DNA of 64,000 nt, from positions 141,010 to 205,009 of the IMG/VR virus record IMGVR_UViG_3300044632_001003; one strand, written 5' to 3'. The notes under the pieces are model-generated. The model was given only the letters and a program-made list of their open reading frames with translations. It was not told the DNA's origin and searched no databases. Positions 38,397-47,371 of this stretch are shown here, piece by piece. Within the stretch, counting starts at the first letter, position 1. The number at the start of each line of letters is the position of its first letter. The position numbers were made by a program, and so were the translations under genes.

Positions 38397-39253
38397 ACTT
38401 CACCTCTAAGGGCTCTCAATATACCTTCTTCTAAAGAAATTTTAGGAGTGTAAAAACTTAGCATTTTTGATGGATCACAAACCCGATATTGAACTCCAAC
38501 AGGAGCAGTTGGAATATGATTCGGAGTTGGACTATATCCTTTCAATGAAGTGACTAAAGAAAACAGTTCATTGAAAGAAGTAGCAATGCCCCAACCAAGA
38601 TTTACAGGACCTTGAATATCCTCTTTGATTGCAGTATCTACTGCTTCAATTATATCATGCATATGAATAAAATCCCTAACCTGATTTCCATCTCCCCATA
38701 TATCAAATGGGTCTGCAAGATTTCTAGCTCTATTAATATAAGATGGGAAAGGATAATCTAAATCTTGGTCGGTTCCATATCCACTAAAAGGTCTAAAGAC
38801 ATTAATCTTTATACCTTCTGCTTCTAAAAACTGCATCAAAAATTCACCCGTCAATTTAGACCAACCATAAGTCATATCAGGGTTATTGATATCTGATAAA
38901 TCAATATCAGTTTCCTTTAATTGATACTTCTGTGTCTGCAGTTTGGTTGGATAGGCAGCAGAAGATGAAAAGTAAATAATGCGTGTTGGTTTAGTTCGAA
39001 GTGCCCACTGACACATTTCGGAATCAATAGAAAGGTCAGTTGCTACTGATAAAGGATTATGTTCGATTGTCTGACGACCACCAACGATTGCTGCTAGATG
39101 GACTACTAAATCAAACTTATCCTCTGAAGTCTTGAAGTAATCTCTACAATCATTGCCATCTTTAATATCGATACCAACAATATCATGATCAACATACTTC
39201 CTCATGAAGTATTTTCCGACAAATCCTTTATGTCCTGTGATTAATATTTTCAT
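38393..39253 (-). CDS. NAD-dependent epimerase/dehydratase
   Basis: ITGHKGFVG, YGWSK, RDFIH. Confidence 0.9.
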   Translation of the reverse strand: MKILITGHKGFVGKYFMRKYVDHDIVGIDIKDGNDCRDYFKTSEDKFDLVVHLAAIVGGRQTIEHNPLSVATDLSIDSEMCQWALRTKPTRIIYFSSSAAYPTKLQTQKYQLKETDIDLSDINNPDMTYGWSKLTGEFLMQFLEAEGIKINVFRPFSGYGTDQDLDYPFPSYINRARNLADPFDIWGDGNQVRDFIHMHDIIEAVDTAIKEDIQGPVNLGWGIATSFNELFSLVTSLKGYSPTPNHIPTAPVGVQYRVCDPSKMLSFYTPKISLEEGILRALRGEV

Positions 39254-39945
39254 GCTCTGAGTTCAGAATGATTTTTCTTTAGGGCAATAATTTTAGGAGC
39301 AAAGGGATAATCTGGATTTCCCATTTGTTCTTCGGCAAAACAATACGAAGGTGTCAGACTCAAAGTGGGTGGATTATCAATCAGGTAACGATTCATCTGT
39401 GACTCATCATGCCACAAAGCAATCACACCATTCTCAAGGTCTTTAGTCACACGGTCTGCAAGAACCTCTGCCATCTCAAGAAATCTTTTAGTAGATCCAC
39501 CATTGAATCCACCAGCGTAATAGTCCTCTCCTTCCTCACCCACAGGGACGTATGCCAGCGACTGTGGGTTTCTATCGTAAGACCTCTGCTCCTTAGGATA
39601 GAAGGACTGGTAGGGGTGCTGAGTGGCAACCAGGTCGCTTAGAACCTCATCACCAACCTTATCTACCAGACCCATATCCACATCAAAGTAGAAGCAATAA
39701 TCAAACTGAGAGATAAACTCTTTTTCTTTTACAAAGTAGTTGTATCTCTTCAGAGTTGGCATTGGCCAAGGTTCGTGGTCAATCTGACAAACTCGCACAT
39801 TGTCAGATGCTTCAACTTCATGGTCTGTGAAAAGCAAACACTCAATCTCATGTCCATTGAGAAAGTTCTCTTCAATATTATCAAGAAGTCTTTCAACGAA
39901 CTGAATATACTTGTTTGTTGCAATGGTCAGGATACAGATTTTCAT
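39250..39945 (-). CDS. Glycosyltransferase family 6 (ABO/alpha-1,3-Gal(NAc)T-like)
   Basis: IATNKY, FTD, DVD, YYAGGFNGG, WHDES.MNRY and IIALKK motifs; start placed at MKICIL. Confidence 0.88.
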   Translation of the reverse strand: MKICILTIATNKYIQFVERLLDNIEENFLNGHEIECLLFTDHEVEASDNVRVCQIDHEPWPMPTLKRYNYFVKEKEFISQFDYCFYFDVDMGLVDKVGDEVLSDLVATQHPYQSFYPKEQRSYDRNPQSLAYVPVGEEGEDYYAGGFNGGSTKRFLEMAEVLADRVTKDLENGVIALWHDESQMNRYLIDNPPTLSLTPSYCFAEEQMGNPDYPFAPKIIALKKNHSELRA

Positions 39946-39946
39946 C

Positions 39947-40675
39947 TTACACCTCAATATAATTTACATTATCAAAAACAAAAAATCCCTTGTCTTTATG
40001 TTCTTGAACGGTTCCATGTAAAAAGCAATTGAGATTTACTTCGGAACCATACTTATATTTAATCGCTGCTGCCATGGAGTTTCCTCCAGAGTAGAGACAG
40101 AAATAATCCTTTGCACTATGAATGATATCAGCATACTGGAAAATACTCTCAATCTCAAGAGGATTATTTTCAAATTCAAATCCACCTGAAAGTGAAAGTG
40201 AATTTACATTTTTAAAAGTTACCAATAATGCATCATCAGGAATAGAAGATTCTACCAATGAAAATAATTTATCAGCATCATAAAATTCACCGACATCATT
40301 CTTCAATAAAGTATGTGCAGACAAATCAACAATCGTCTTATCTCTATATTCCTCTAAAAGATTTGGTTGATAATAGATTTCAGGATATCTACCGTCACCT
40401 GCAAATCCATGCCGAATTTCTGCAGCAGAAACAATGTTGTCTGTTGTTCCATTTTTAAGATCGGGAGCACATGAACCAATGTTTGCATGATTGGTTGCAA
40501 CACCTTTTACATAAGGATTGTCTCTCCAACAAAATTCATAAATCTCAGGGTTTCTATATGTATTGTCAGCACTGATATAAAAATTATATCCCTTTTCTGC
40601 ATACAATTTAGGTAGGGTAGTGAATTGAAGATTGTCACCTAATCCACCCCAAGGTTGTCCAAAAAATACGTTCAT
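39947..40675 (-). CDS. Hypothetical glycan-modifying protein (GT9/GT11-like N-terminus)
   Basis: GGLGDNL motif; operon context. Confidence 0.5.
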   Translation of the reverse strand: MNVFFGQPWGGLGDNLQFTTLPKLYAEKGYNFYISADNTYRNPEIYEFCWRDNPYVKGVATNHANIGSCAPDLKNGTTDNIVSAAEIRHGFAGDGRYPEIYYQPNLLEEYRDKTIVDLSAHTLLKNDVGEFYDADKLFSLVESSIPDDALLVTFKNVNSLSLSGGFEFENNPLEIESIFQYADIIHSAKDYFCLYSGGNSMAAAIKYKYGSEVNLNCFLHGTVQEHKDKGFFVFDNVNYIEV

Positions 40676-41364
40676 TTTCCTTTATTTACAAAGATAAAAT
40701 CTGTTCCGAAATGAACTCCAGTATTTCCATAAGCCCTATAGAAATTGTGAGTTTTCAAAAAATTATTTACATCATCAAAAAGACACTGCCCATCATACAT
40801 TGGATTAATCTCCAACTCTGTATGAATCACCTGAACAGTTGAAAGAAGTTTTTCGCCCATTGATTCTAATGCAATTAACTCAGCACCCTGAAGGTCCATC
40901 CACATCAAATCAATATTCTCAATTCCATTTTCTTCACAAAAAGAATCTAGTCTCACACAATCAACTTCCAATTCTTTTTGGACGTATTTTTCAATATGGT
41001 CATATGTGCCATTTGCTTTATAAAGACTAGATGCACCTCTATTTCCATCAAACCAAGGAGTAACAGTTTTCTCAGGGTCAATAGGATAAAAAGTGCATAT
41101 TCCATTGTAACTATTCACAGCTTTATTAATGACTGTAATGTTATCAATGTCTTTGGTATTCTCTAAACAAACTTGATAAGAATCTGGGTTTGCTTCAAAT
41201 GCAAATATCCTTGCATTCTTATATCGTTTGGAGAATTCAATAGACTCCAAACAATGCAAAGAACCAACATCAAAAATTACAGAAACCTCATTTGGATCTC
41301 TGAATTTTTGGTTGGCAAAAGTATAAAATGTATCTAAAGATGAGACTTGGTACTGGGTTGTCAT
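40672..41364 (-). CDS. FkbM-family methyltransferase
   Basis: IFDVGS, AFEANP, RLD, MDLQGAEL. Confidence 0.88.
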   Translation of the reverse strand: MTTQYQVSSLDTFYTFANQKFRDPNEVSVIFDVGSLHCLESIEFSKRYKNARIFAFEANPDSYQVCLENTKDIDNITVINKAVNSYNGICTFYPIDPEKTVTPWFDGNRGASSLYKANGTYDHIEKYVQKELEVDCVRLDSFCEENGIENIDLMWMDLQGAELIALESMGEKLLSTVQVIHTELEINPMYDGQCLFDDVNNFLKTHNFYRAYGNTGVHFGTDFIFVNKGK

Positions 41365-41690
41365 TTAAAAAAGTCTTTGTCCGAAATTGCTTTATCATCA
41401 ATATAATAATCACCGAAGGGTTTCCCTAACATAAGATTAGTAAATTTACAACCCCAGGAAACTAACTGATCATATGTTTCATTATAACATGCATCATATG
41501 CTATTCTAACAGAGTTTTTACCTCTGCCCATACCTCTTGCAGTGAAGTATATAATAGTATGCCCATCATCATACAATGAATTAACTTTAGCAATCCTATC
41601 ATAGAAAGGTTCTGCTAAAGAATAATCACCATATGTTTGAGTGCATATGGTGTTATCAATATCTACAATATATGTTTTCAGTTCAGCCAT
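41361..41690 (-). CDS. HAD-superfamily phosphatase (capsule biosynthesis phosphatase type)
   Basis: DIDNTIC, FTARG, GKP..DYYIDDKA. Confidence 0.8.
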   Translation of the reverse strand: MAELKTYIVDIDNTICTQTYGDYSLAEPFYDRIAKVNSLYDDGHTIIYFTARGMGRGKNSVRIAYDACYNETYDQLVSWGCKFTNLMLGKPFGDYYIDDKAISDKDFFK

Positions 41691-42349
41691 GCAGAGAAGT
41701 CCTTATCAAAGCGTTCGATTGCTTCAGTGCTCTTAGGATGCTCAACCATCTCAAGAATAACGGGAAGACCAGTCGTTACGATATCGGCACCTTCTTTCCA
41801 AGCATCAGAAACATCAGTTTGAGTACGGATACTGCCAGCGATAATCTCACAATCTAGGGCGTTCTCATAAATGTAATTCTTGGTTCGGTCAAGAACCTTT
41901 GCAACATCTCCACCATGCTGCTTCAGGCGGCAGTAAAAGAGAGAAACGTAATGAGCACCAGCAGAAGCACACAGTTGCAGTTGCTGCTCACTGTAGCAAG
42001 CAGTGGCATTGATTTGCACACCTGCCTTGGAAACAGTTTTGATTGCACGAAGACCATCAAATCCAACTGGAATTTTCACATGAAACTTATTGCAAAGAGG
42101 ATAAAACCTTTCATACATTTCACTTGCTTGACGAACCATGCCCTCATAATCTAGGGCAAACACTTCAGCACTCAGAGAAAGATCTTCACTACCACAATAC
42201 TCAGCAAGTTTTTGAATTAGTGCATCAAAACTTCCCTTTGGTTCTTTAGCAATAATGGAAGGGTTGGTTGTTACACCTTGAATGGCACCCATTTCATTTG
42301 CTTTAATAATTTCATCAAGATTAGCTGTATCAGCAAAAAGATAGTTCAT
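41678..42349 (-). CDS. Transaldolase family protein (divergent TalC type)
   Basis: FADTA, GVTTNPS, SAEV, VKIP (Schiff-base Lys), INAT, GSIR. Confidence 0.88.
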   Translation of the reverse strand: MNYLFADTANLDEIIKANEMGAIQGVTTNPSIIAKEPKGSFDALIQKLAEYCGSEDLSLSAEVFALDYEGMVRQASEMYERFYPLCNKFHVKIPVGFDGLRAIKTVSKAGVQINATACYSEQQLQLCASAGAHYVSLFYCRLKQHGGDVAKVLDRTKNYIYENALDCEIIAGSIRTQTDVSDAWKEGADIVTTGLPVILEMVEHPKSTEAIERFDKDFSAWLN

Positions 42350-42783
42350 TCGTCCTCTTTAAATACGTAGGTTTTTCCATCTTCAACGATGTTTGAATCT
42401 TCATCATCGTCTTTATTTGACCATTCTACCACAATAGTATCCTCCAATGCAATACGCATATGCATCAAACCAGGAGGAATATGAAATACATCTCCTGCTT
42501 CTAAAATGATAGATTTATTTTTGGCACGACCAATTCTCATACCAACTTTAAGTTTTCCAGATTGAATATAATAATATTCATCTTTAGTGACGTGATACTC
42601 CATACTACTTTGAGTACCCGCTTTCATAAAGACTTCTTTTAAGGTAAAGTCATCAGTAGCAAATACGGTAGTGATGTATCCCCAATACTTCTCTCTTTTT
42701 TCTTCACACTTAAGTACAAGAGGAAGTTCTTGCCTCCCGTAACTATTGTCCGTAGTATTTGTTGATTCCATTCTTTCGTTCAA
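42346..42783 (-). CDS. Cupin-fold sugar isomerase/epimerase
   Basis: KYWG, SMEYH..KDE, FHIPPG.MH. Confidence 0.75.
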   Translation of the reverse strand: MNERMESTNTTDNSYGRQELPLVLKCEEKREKYWGYITTVFATDDFTLKEVFMKAGTQSSMEYHVTKDEYYYIQSGKLKVGMRIGRAKNKSIILEAGDVFHIPPGLMHMRIALEDTIVVEWSNKDDDEDSNIVEDGKTYVFKEDE

Positions 42784-43438
42784 AATGTTTTTTATACAAG
42801 TCTCTACTCAATCTACATGGTTGAATATGTGGATTGATTGAGGTGGTGTAGTAAGCCATTTCAGCAATTTCCTCTAACACTATAGCACATTCTAGTGTTC
42901 TTTTAGATGAATCTGAGAATACCATAACACCATGCCCAGGCAAAAGGATGGCAGGTATGTTAAGTGGATTTATTTTCTTAGATTGATAAAAATCAACTAC
43001 GCACTGTCCCAGATTCTTTTCATATTCATCAAGTTCAAACTTTTCTAGTTGTCTAGCAACTGGAATATCAGATAGAAAGTAATCGGCGTGAGTTGTCCCT
43101 AAAATAGGAATTGGTTTAAGTGCCTGTGCCCATGAAGTTGCAAACTTTGAATGACTATGAATAACTGATTTAATCTCTGGAAATGCCTTATAAATTTCCA
43201 AATGAATTGCTGTATCGACAGAGGGTTTCATACCAGAAATTAATTTTCCAGTATAAAGTTCGACAATACAAAGTTGGCTAAACGTAAGTTTATCAAACTC
43301 AATCCCAGAAGGTTTAATAACAATATGCTTACCATCTTCAGTAAGCACACTGGCATTTCCCCAAGTTAGTTTGACTAAACTGTTTTCCTTTAAACTTTTG
43401 TTCAGAGATAAACAATCTTCAATTGCCTTATTCATGTA
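42743..43438 (-). CDS. L-ribulose-5-phosphate 4-epimerase (AraD)-like class II aldolase
   Basis: LTWGNAS, IKPSG, PSVDT..H, HSHS.FATSWAQ, GTTHADYF; start placed at MNKAIE. Confidence 0.88.
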   Translation of the reverse strand, partial: YMNKAIEDCLSLNKSLKENSLVKLTWGNASVLTEDGKHIVIKPSGIEFDKLTFSQLCIVELYTGKLISGMKPSVDTAIHLEIYKAFPEIKSVIHSHSKFATSWAQALKPIPILGTTHADYFLSDIPVARQLEKFELDEYEKNLGQCVVDFYQSKKINPLNIPAILLPGHGVMVFSDSSKRTLECAIVLEEIAEMAYYTTSINPHIQPCRLSRDLYKKHFERKNGINKYYGQ

Positions 43439-44204
43439 ATGGTTTAGATACAAATTCAGCGGCGACTTGGTTAGCAAAAACTGGGTCACCAGTTGCTAGA
43501 AGAGCTGCATAAAAACAATCTCCTGCACCAATAGTATTTACCACATTTTCCACAGGCGTTGCTGGATAATTAACACCGTTCATCATGCAACCATCTGCAC
43601 CTTTTGTTACACAGATATTTGTTACCCGATCTACGTGTTTTGCTTCCTCTTGATTACAGACTAAGTAATCAACCGCCCAATACCTATCATAGTTTGATGT
43701 CTTACTCGATACCTGAGAAGAGGCATATGTAATTTTTCCAGAATCAGTTGCATGTTTGATGAATGATTCTGTAATAAATCCACAACGGTAATCAGCAAAA
43801 GCAATGATATCAAACTCATCAATATCAAAATTTTCTAAGAACGATTTTGAAAACTCATTATTGACATCATTAACTTGTAGATGATTGTATCGACTATCTC
43901 CATGATTAACCCAGTATCTTGTTTTAGTATTATTACGACCCTGGAAAAAACTTTTTACTGGGAGATCATAATGCAACTCAAAAGTATCACAGTCTTTATC
44001 AGACATTGATGTTGCAAATGTTACGTCTCTACCAAATCCACGAAGAAACTTGGCAACATTAGCAGCGCCACCAAAATCATAACTGTGCTCTTCAATTACC
44101 GTTTTGATTGTTGGAGACTCTAGTGATAGTCCGATTGCCCTAAGTTCTAGAGTTTCATCAATGATGGTATCACCAACAATTAGATACTTTAAATTTTCTC
44201 GCAT
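43428..44204 (-). CDS. PfkB-family sugar kinase (HldE/RfaE domain I-like)
   Basis: VGD.IIDE, GGAANVA, KTRY, NTIGAGD. Confidence 0.85.
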   Translation of the reverse strand: MRENLKYLIVGDTIIDETLELRAIGLSLESPTIKTVIEEHSYDFGGAANVAKFLRGFGRDVTFATSMSDKDCDTFELHYDLPVKSFFQGRNNTKTRYWVNHGDSRYNHLQVNDVNNEFSKSFLENFDIDEFDIIAFADYRCGFITESFIKHATDSGKITYASSQVSSKTSNYDRYWAVDYLVCNQEEAKHVDRVTNICVTKGADGCMMNGVNYPATPVENVVNTIGAGDCFYAALLATGDPVFANQVAAEFVSKPLHE

Positions 44205-45049
44205 GTTTCAAGTTCTCTAATTTTTTGCATGGTATTGGTTGTGGAATAGTCTCCAACCAAAGGATAAACTTTAACTTGTATAGACTCTGGAATACAGTCT
44301 CTGCTTCTTACTTCATCAGCAGTCCATTCAGAACCCTTAACAATTACATCTGGAGAGAGTGTTTGATAGAATTCTTGAAGTTCTTCAGTTGAATCAAAAA
44401 TGATGACTTCATCAACATAACGATTTGTCTCAAGAACCCTTCTACGATCTTCTTCATTATTAACAGGTCGATTGTCACCTTTGAGTTGTTTTACTCTGCG
44501 GTCAGAATCAATAGCAACAATCAGTTTTGTTCCCTGCAATCTAGCAAACTTCAAAAGTTCAATATGGCCCTTATGAAGGATATCAAAAACTCCATTTGTT
44601 AAAACAATGCCAGTATGTGAATCAATCTTTTCAACACGCTTGACATGACGACCTTCTCCCCATGCTTCATCTAACCACATTTTGCTCATCTCTCTCATTT
44701 CAATCTGAGAAGACAACCACGTACCCAAACAAAGAACATTGGAATCATTATGCTCTCTAGACTTAACCGCAGTGAGTTCATTATGAGCTAGAACAGCACG
44801 GACACCAGCAAAACGATTTGCAACGATACTCATACCAACACCAGTTCCACAGATAAGGATACCTCGGTCCGCCTCACGATTACTCACAATTGTAGATAAC
44901 TGAGCTGCATAATCAACATAATCGACACTCACATCAGAAGTATAAGGTCCAATATCAATAACCCGATATCCTTCTCCCTTAAGATACATCTTTAGTTGTT
45001 CTTTGTTCTCGACCCCATTATGGTCAGAAGAAATAATGATCGTTTTCAT
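44189..45049 (-). CDS. Fusion of RpiB/LacAB sugar-phosphate isomerase and RfaE domain II-like nucleotidyltransferase
   Basis: SDHNG, ICGTGVG, REHNDSNVLCLG, then TNGVFDILHKGH, KGDNRP, YSTT. Confidence 0.88.
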   Translation of the reverse strand: MKTIIISSDHNGVENKEQLKMYLKGEGYRVIDIGPYTSDVSVDYVDYAAQLSTIVSNREADRGILICGTGVGMSIVANRFAGVRAVLAHNELTAVKSREHNDSNVLCLGTWLSSQIEMREMSKMWLDEAWGEGRHVKRVEKIDSHTGIVLTNGVFDILHKGHIELLKFARLQGTKLIVAIDSDRRVKQLKGDNRPVNNEEDRRRVLETNRYVDEVIIFDSTEELQEFYQTLSPDVIVKGSEWTADEVRSRDCIPESIQVKVYPLVGDYSTTNTMQKIRELETCEKI

Positions 45050-45846
45050 AGAAATTCAAAGTTACCAAATGGATAATCAACTGTTGATTTATTATAGCAT
45101 TCTCCACCAAACCAATTTTTGGGGGCAATTACTTTTTTACTTTTTGCTAACCATGCACCCCACCAAGAGAATGATGAATTTGCAATGATGTGATAATCGC
45201 ATAATGACATTAAGCAAAGATCAGCATCGGTTGTGTTTTCTTCTGATATCAAAAACCTATCATCTTTAAATAAATCCTGCTCTTTACACCAAGATTCATC
45301 ATCAGAAAAAACAATAACAGGAAGTTCTGGTAGTTTAGAAAGTGCTTCCTGATAATAACTAATTGGTTGCACAGGATGATTTGGATTAGAGGTATAATCT
45401 CCTCTACGAATATGTAAAGAGATTACTTCACTATCAAAATTTTCTTTAAGAAATTCTTTACAATTAGAATACAACTCTTCATTAAATCTAAAGTCTTCTC
45501 GTATCTCATCTTCAATATGCTTGAAGTATTTTTCGGTTTGAAAGTATCCCATTAAATCTACATTATCTGGGCAATTGATGAATAATTCCTCATCAAATTC
45601 ATGCTTTCTTTCCCAAAAAGTATTGGCATCCTGTAGAGCACAATCATTATTTTTTTCTATATTTTCAAAAACATCGTATAAAATAACATCAGAATTTTTG
45701 ACATTATCATCATGCTGCCCAAAAACATATCTAGGTGGAATGATAAATCCATATCCCCTATTTCTAGCAATTCCTTTTAAAGAAGCATATTGAAACATTT
45801 GATTGGCAAGTCTTCCAAGATTGCCAATATGATTGAGTGATATCAT
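45046..45846 (-). CDS. Glycosyltransferase family 11 (alpha-1,2-fucosyltransferase-like)
   Basis: GRLANQMFQY, GYFQ, HIRRGDY, IANSSFSWWGAWL. Confidence 0.92.
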   Translation of the reverse strand: MISLNHIGNLGRLANQMFQYASLKGIARNRGYGFIIPPRYVFGQHDDNVKNSDVILYDVFENIEKNNDCALQDANTFWERKHEFDEELFINCPDNVDLMGYFQTEKYFKHIEDEIREDFRFNEELYSNCKEFLKENFDSEVISLHIRRGDYTSNPNHPVQPISYYQEALSKLPELPVIVFSDDESWCKEQDLFKDDRFLISEENTTDADLCLMSLCDYHIIANSSFSWWGAWLAKSKKVIAPKNWFGGECYNKSTVDYPFGNFEFL

Positions 45847-46430
45847 ACTTTATAATTAAATGAAATAGTAACTCTTGGATCAGTATTAAGACCAGGAGGA
45901 ACCATATGAACAGTGGATGATTGAAAAATTAACAAAGAACGTTCAACTGGTTCTATAGAATATGAATCTGAATTATACTCATTTCTGATAGAATGTGGGG
46001 TACAGTAATAAAAATTAGGATGGTGAAATACTATAGGTGCAGATCCCTCTGGTCTTTTACAGAAATATACTCCACTAATAGAAGATGGTAAATGATGATG
46101 AAACTCTTGACTGTTTTTATTAGTATAAACATTCCACCACCACTCACTTAAAAAGAATTTATGATGGTCACAATTTAAAAATTTTGCGTATTCATTAACT
46201 TTAGTATTGATTCTTTCAAATAGTAAGTCAAAAATTTTATTCTCATACCCAATATTAAATGAATTTTGTGGGCTATTTGCTCCCGAATACCAGGAGTCTA
46301 TCCCTCTACCTTTAACAACATCCTTTTCTTTTAGAATGTGTTGATATATTCTCATATTTTCTTCTTCAGAAATGAGATCGTATGACCGATAAACTGAAGT
46401 TGGAAACAATAAATGAATATTATCCTGCAC
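45843..46430 (-). CDS. Putative 2OG-Fe(II) oxygenase (TIGR02466-like)
   Basis: LFPT, WWN, HHH...ISGVY, H.V, R.TISFN; start moved to GTG 46430, downstream of the promoter. Confidence 0.75.
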   Translation of the reverse strand: MQDNIHLLFPTSVYRSYDLISEEENMRIYQHILKEKDVVKGRGIDSWYSGANSPQNSFNIGYENKIFDLLFERINTKVNEYAKFLNCDHHKFFLSEWWWNVYTNKNSQEFHHHLPSSISGVYFCKRPEGSAPIVFHHPNFYYCTPHSIRNEYNSDSYSIEPVERSLLIFQSSTVHMVPPGLNTDPRVTISFNYKV

Positions 46431-46454
46431 AAATATATCACAATATATCAAATT

Positions 46455-46490
46455 ATTATAATAAAAAAGGGAGTTGTTGTCAACTCCCTT
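46455..46490 (-). promoter_or_regulatory. Terminator hairpin overlapping a perfect sigma70 promoter for the glycan operon
   Basis: AAGGGAGTTG-ACAA-CAACTCCCTT plus T-run; TTGACA(46478-83)-17-TATAAT(46455-60). Confidence 0.85.
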
Positions 46491-46499
46491 GATTCTTTT

Positions 46500-46896
46500 C
46501 AGGCTCGCCACCAATTCTTTGACTGGAAATTGGAAACCAGGCGGGAGAGAGTCCCATCCGCACCACTTGCTTTTTTATGGGAAAGCAAGAAACCAGAAGG
46601 GGTCAAATTTGACTCCACCACTTGGTTTTAAGAAACCAAGAAAAGTTGGGTTAACTTTGATATTTCGGTGATACCAAAGAATGCTATCAGAAATAGCACA
46701 TCCCAGAGTTTGAGTTTGATAGCAAAAGGAATACCGAGTAGTCCCCCAATAAACTTTATTATCAAACCATTTTTGAAATCTCCCCACAACATGATTTGAT
46801 AACCAAGTAGGAGAAGAAAGTTCCCGATATACCTCAGGATACTTGTTTTAGACATAAGGGGTTTGCTCCCGACCAGTGCTGTTATAGACCATCCGT
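46500..46896 (-). ncRNA. manA/wcaG-like cyanophage structured RNA, interrupted by an ORF
   Basis: 5' block ACGGATGGTCTATAACAGCACTGGTCGGGA; three TTTC-hairpin-TGGYG units at 46500-46645; upstream of sugar genes; family names recalled, not searched. Confidence 0.65.
46628..46855 (-). CDS. Small multi-TM membrane protein (75 aa)
   Basis: Three hydrophobic segments; P..IK.KLWD motif. Confidence 0.65.
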   Translation of the reverse strand: MSKTSILRYIGNFLLLLGYQIMLWGDFKNGLIIKFIGGLLGIPFAIKLKLWDVLFLIAFFGITEISKLTQLFLVS

Positions 46897-47136
46897 GTCT
46901 TCTTCATCGTCTCTTACATAACAAGGAACTCTATCTGGATCTAACCATTTCGCATACTCAATATCCTCCATTGCAGTAGAACATTGTAGAACATTATCAA
47001 AAAGATAAATGTCATTCCAGCGTTTGGTATAGTAATTTTGCTTTTGCAAACGATAATCTGGTTTGCCGTTTATCTCAAGAATACCTGCTTCAATAAAGCG
47101 ATATCCTTCACGTTCCAGAAGAACTTTGGTTTTCAT
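46882..47136 (-). CDS. Cyanophage hypothetical protein
   Basis: 84 aa; ATGA coupling with the upstream gene. Confidence 0.7.
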   Translation of the reverse strand: MKTKVLLEREGYRFIEAGILEINGKPDYRLQKQNYYTKRWNDIYLFDNVLQCSTAMEDIEYAKWLDPDRVPCYVRDDEEDTDGL

Positions 47137-47348
47137 GCAACCTCAACAGATTCAAGATCGCTGGCGACATACTCCATGAGCATTTCGTAGTCGTCAAGAG
47201 GGTCACCAGAAAATACGACACCTTCATTTTCATAAAAGCGACGAACTTTTTTATAAAGTTTCGGATTCTTTACATCAAGGTAGATTTCCCCGTTAGCAGC
47301 AAGGCGAAGAGTGCTAACATCTTTCTTGAATTTTGCGGTCAGAGACAT
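47133..47348 (-). CDS. Cyanophage hypothetical protein
   Basis: 71 aa, LDVKNPKLYKKVRRFYENEGV; has its own promoter. Confidence 0.7.
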   Translation of the reverse strand: MSLTAKFKKDVSTLRLAANGEIYLDVKNPKLYKKVRRFYENEGVVFSGDPLDDYEMLMEYVASDLESVEVA

Positions 47349-47371
47349 TGTTTTGTGTTGTTTGCTCTAGT

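Noticed and set aside
41678-42349. Calling this gene canonical cyanophage talC
   Set aside because: Divergent motif and glycan-operon context; symbol withheld pending phylogeny.
46431-46514. ORF-track N-terminal extension of the oxygenase
   Set aside because: It runs through the terminator/promoter and ncRNA; GTG 46430 is more plausible.
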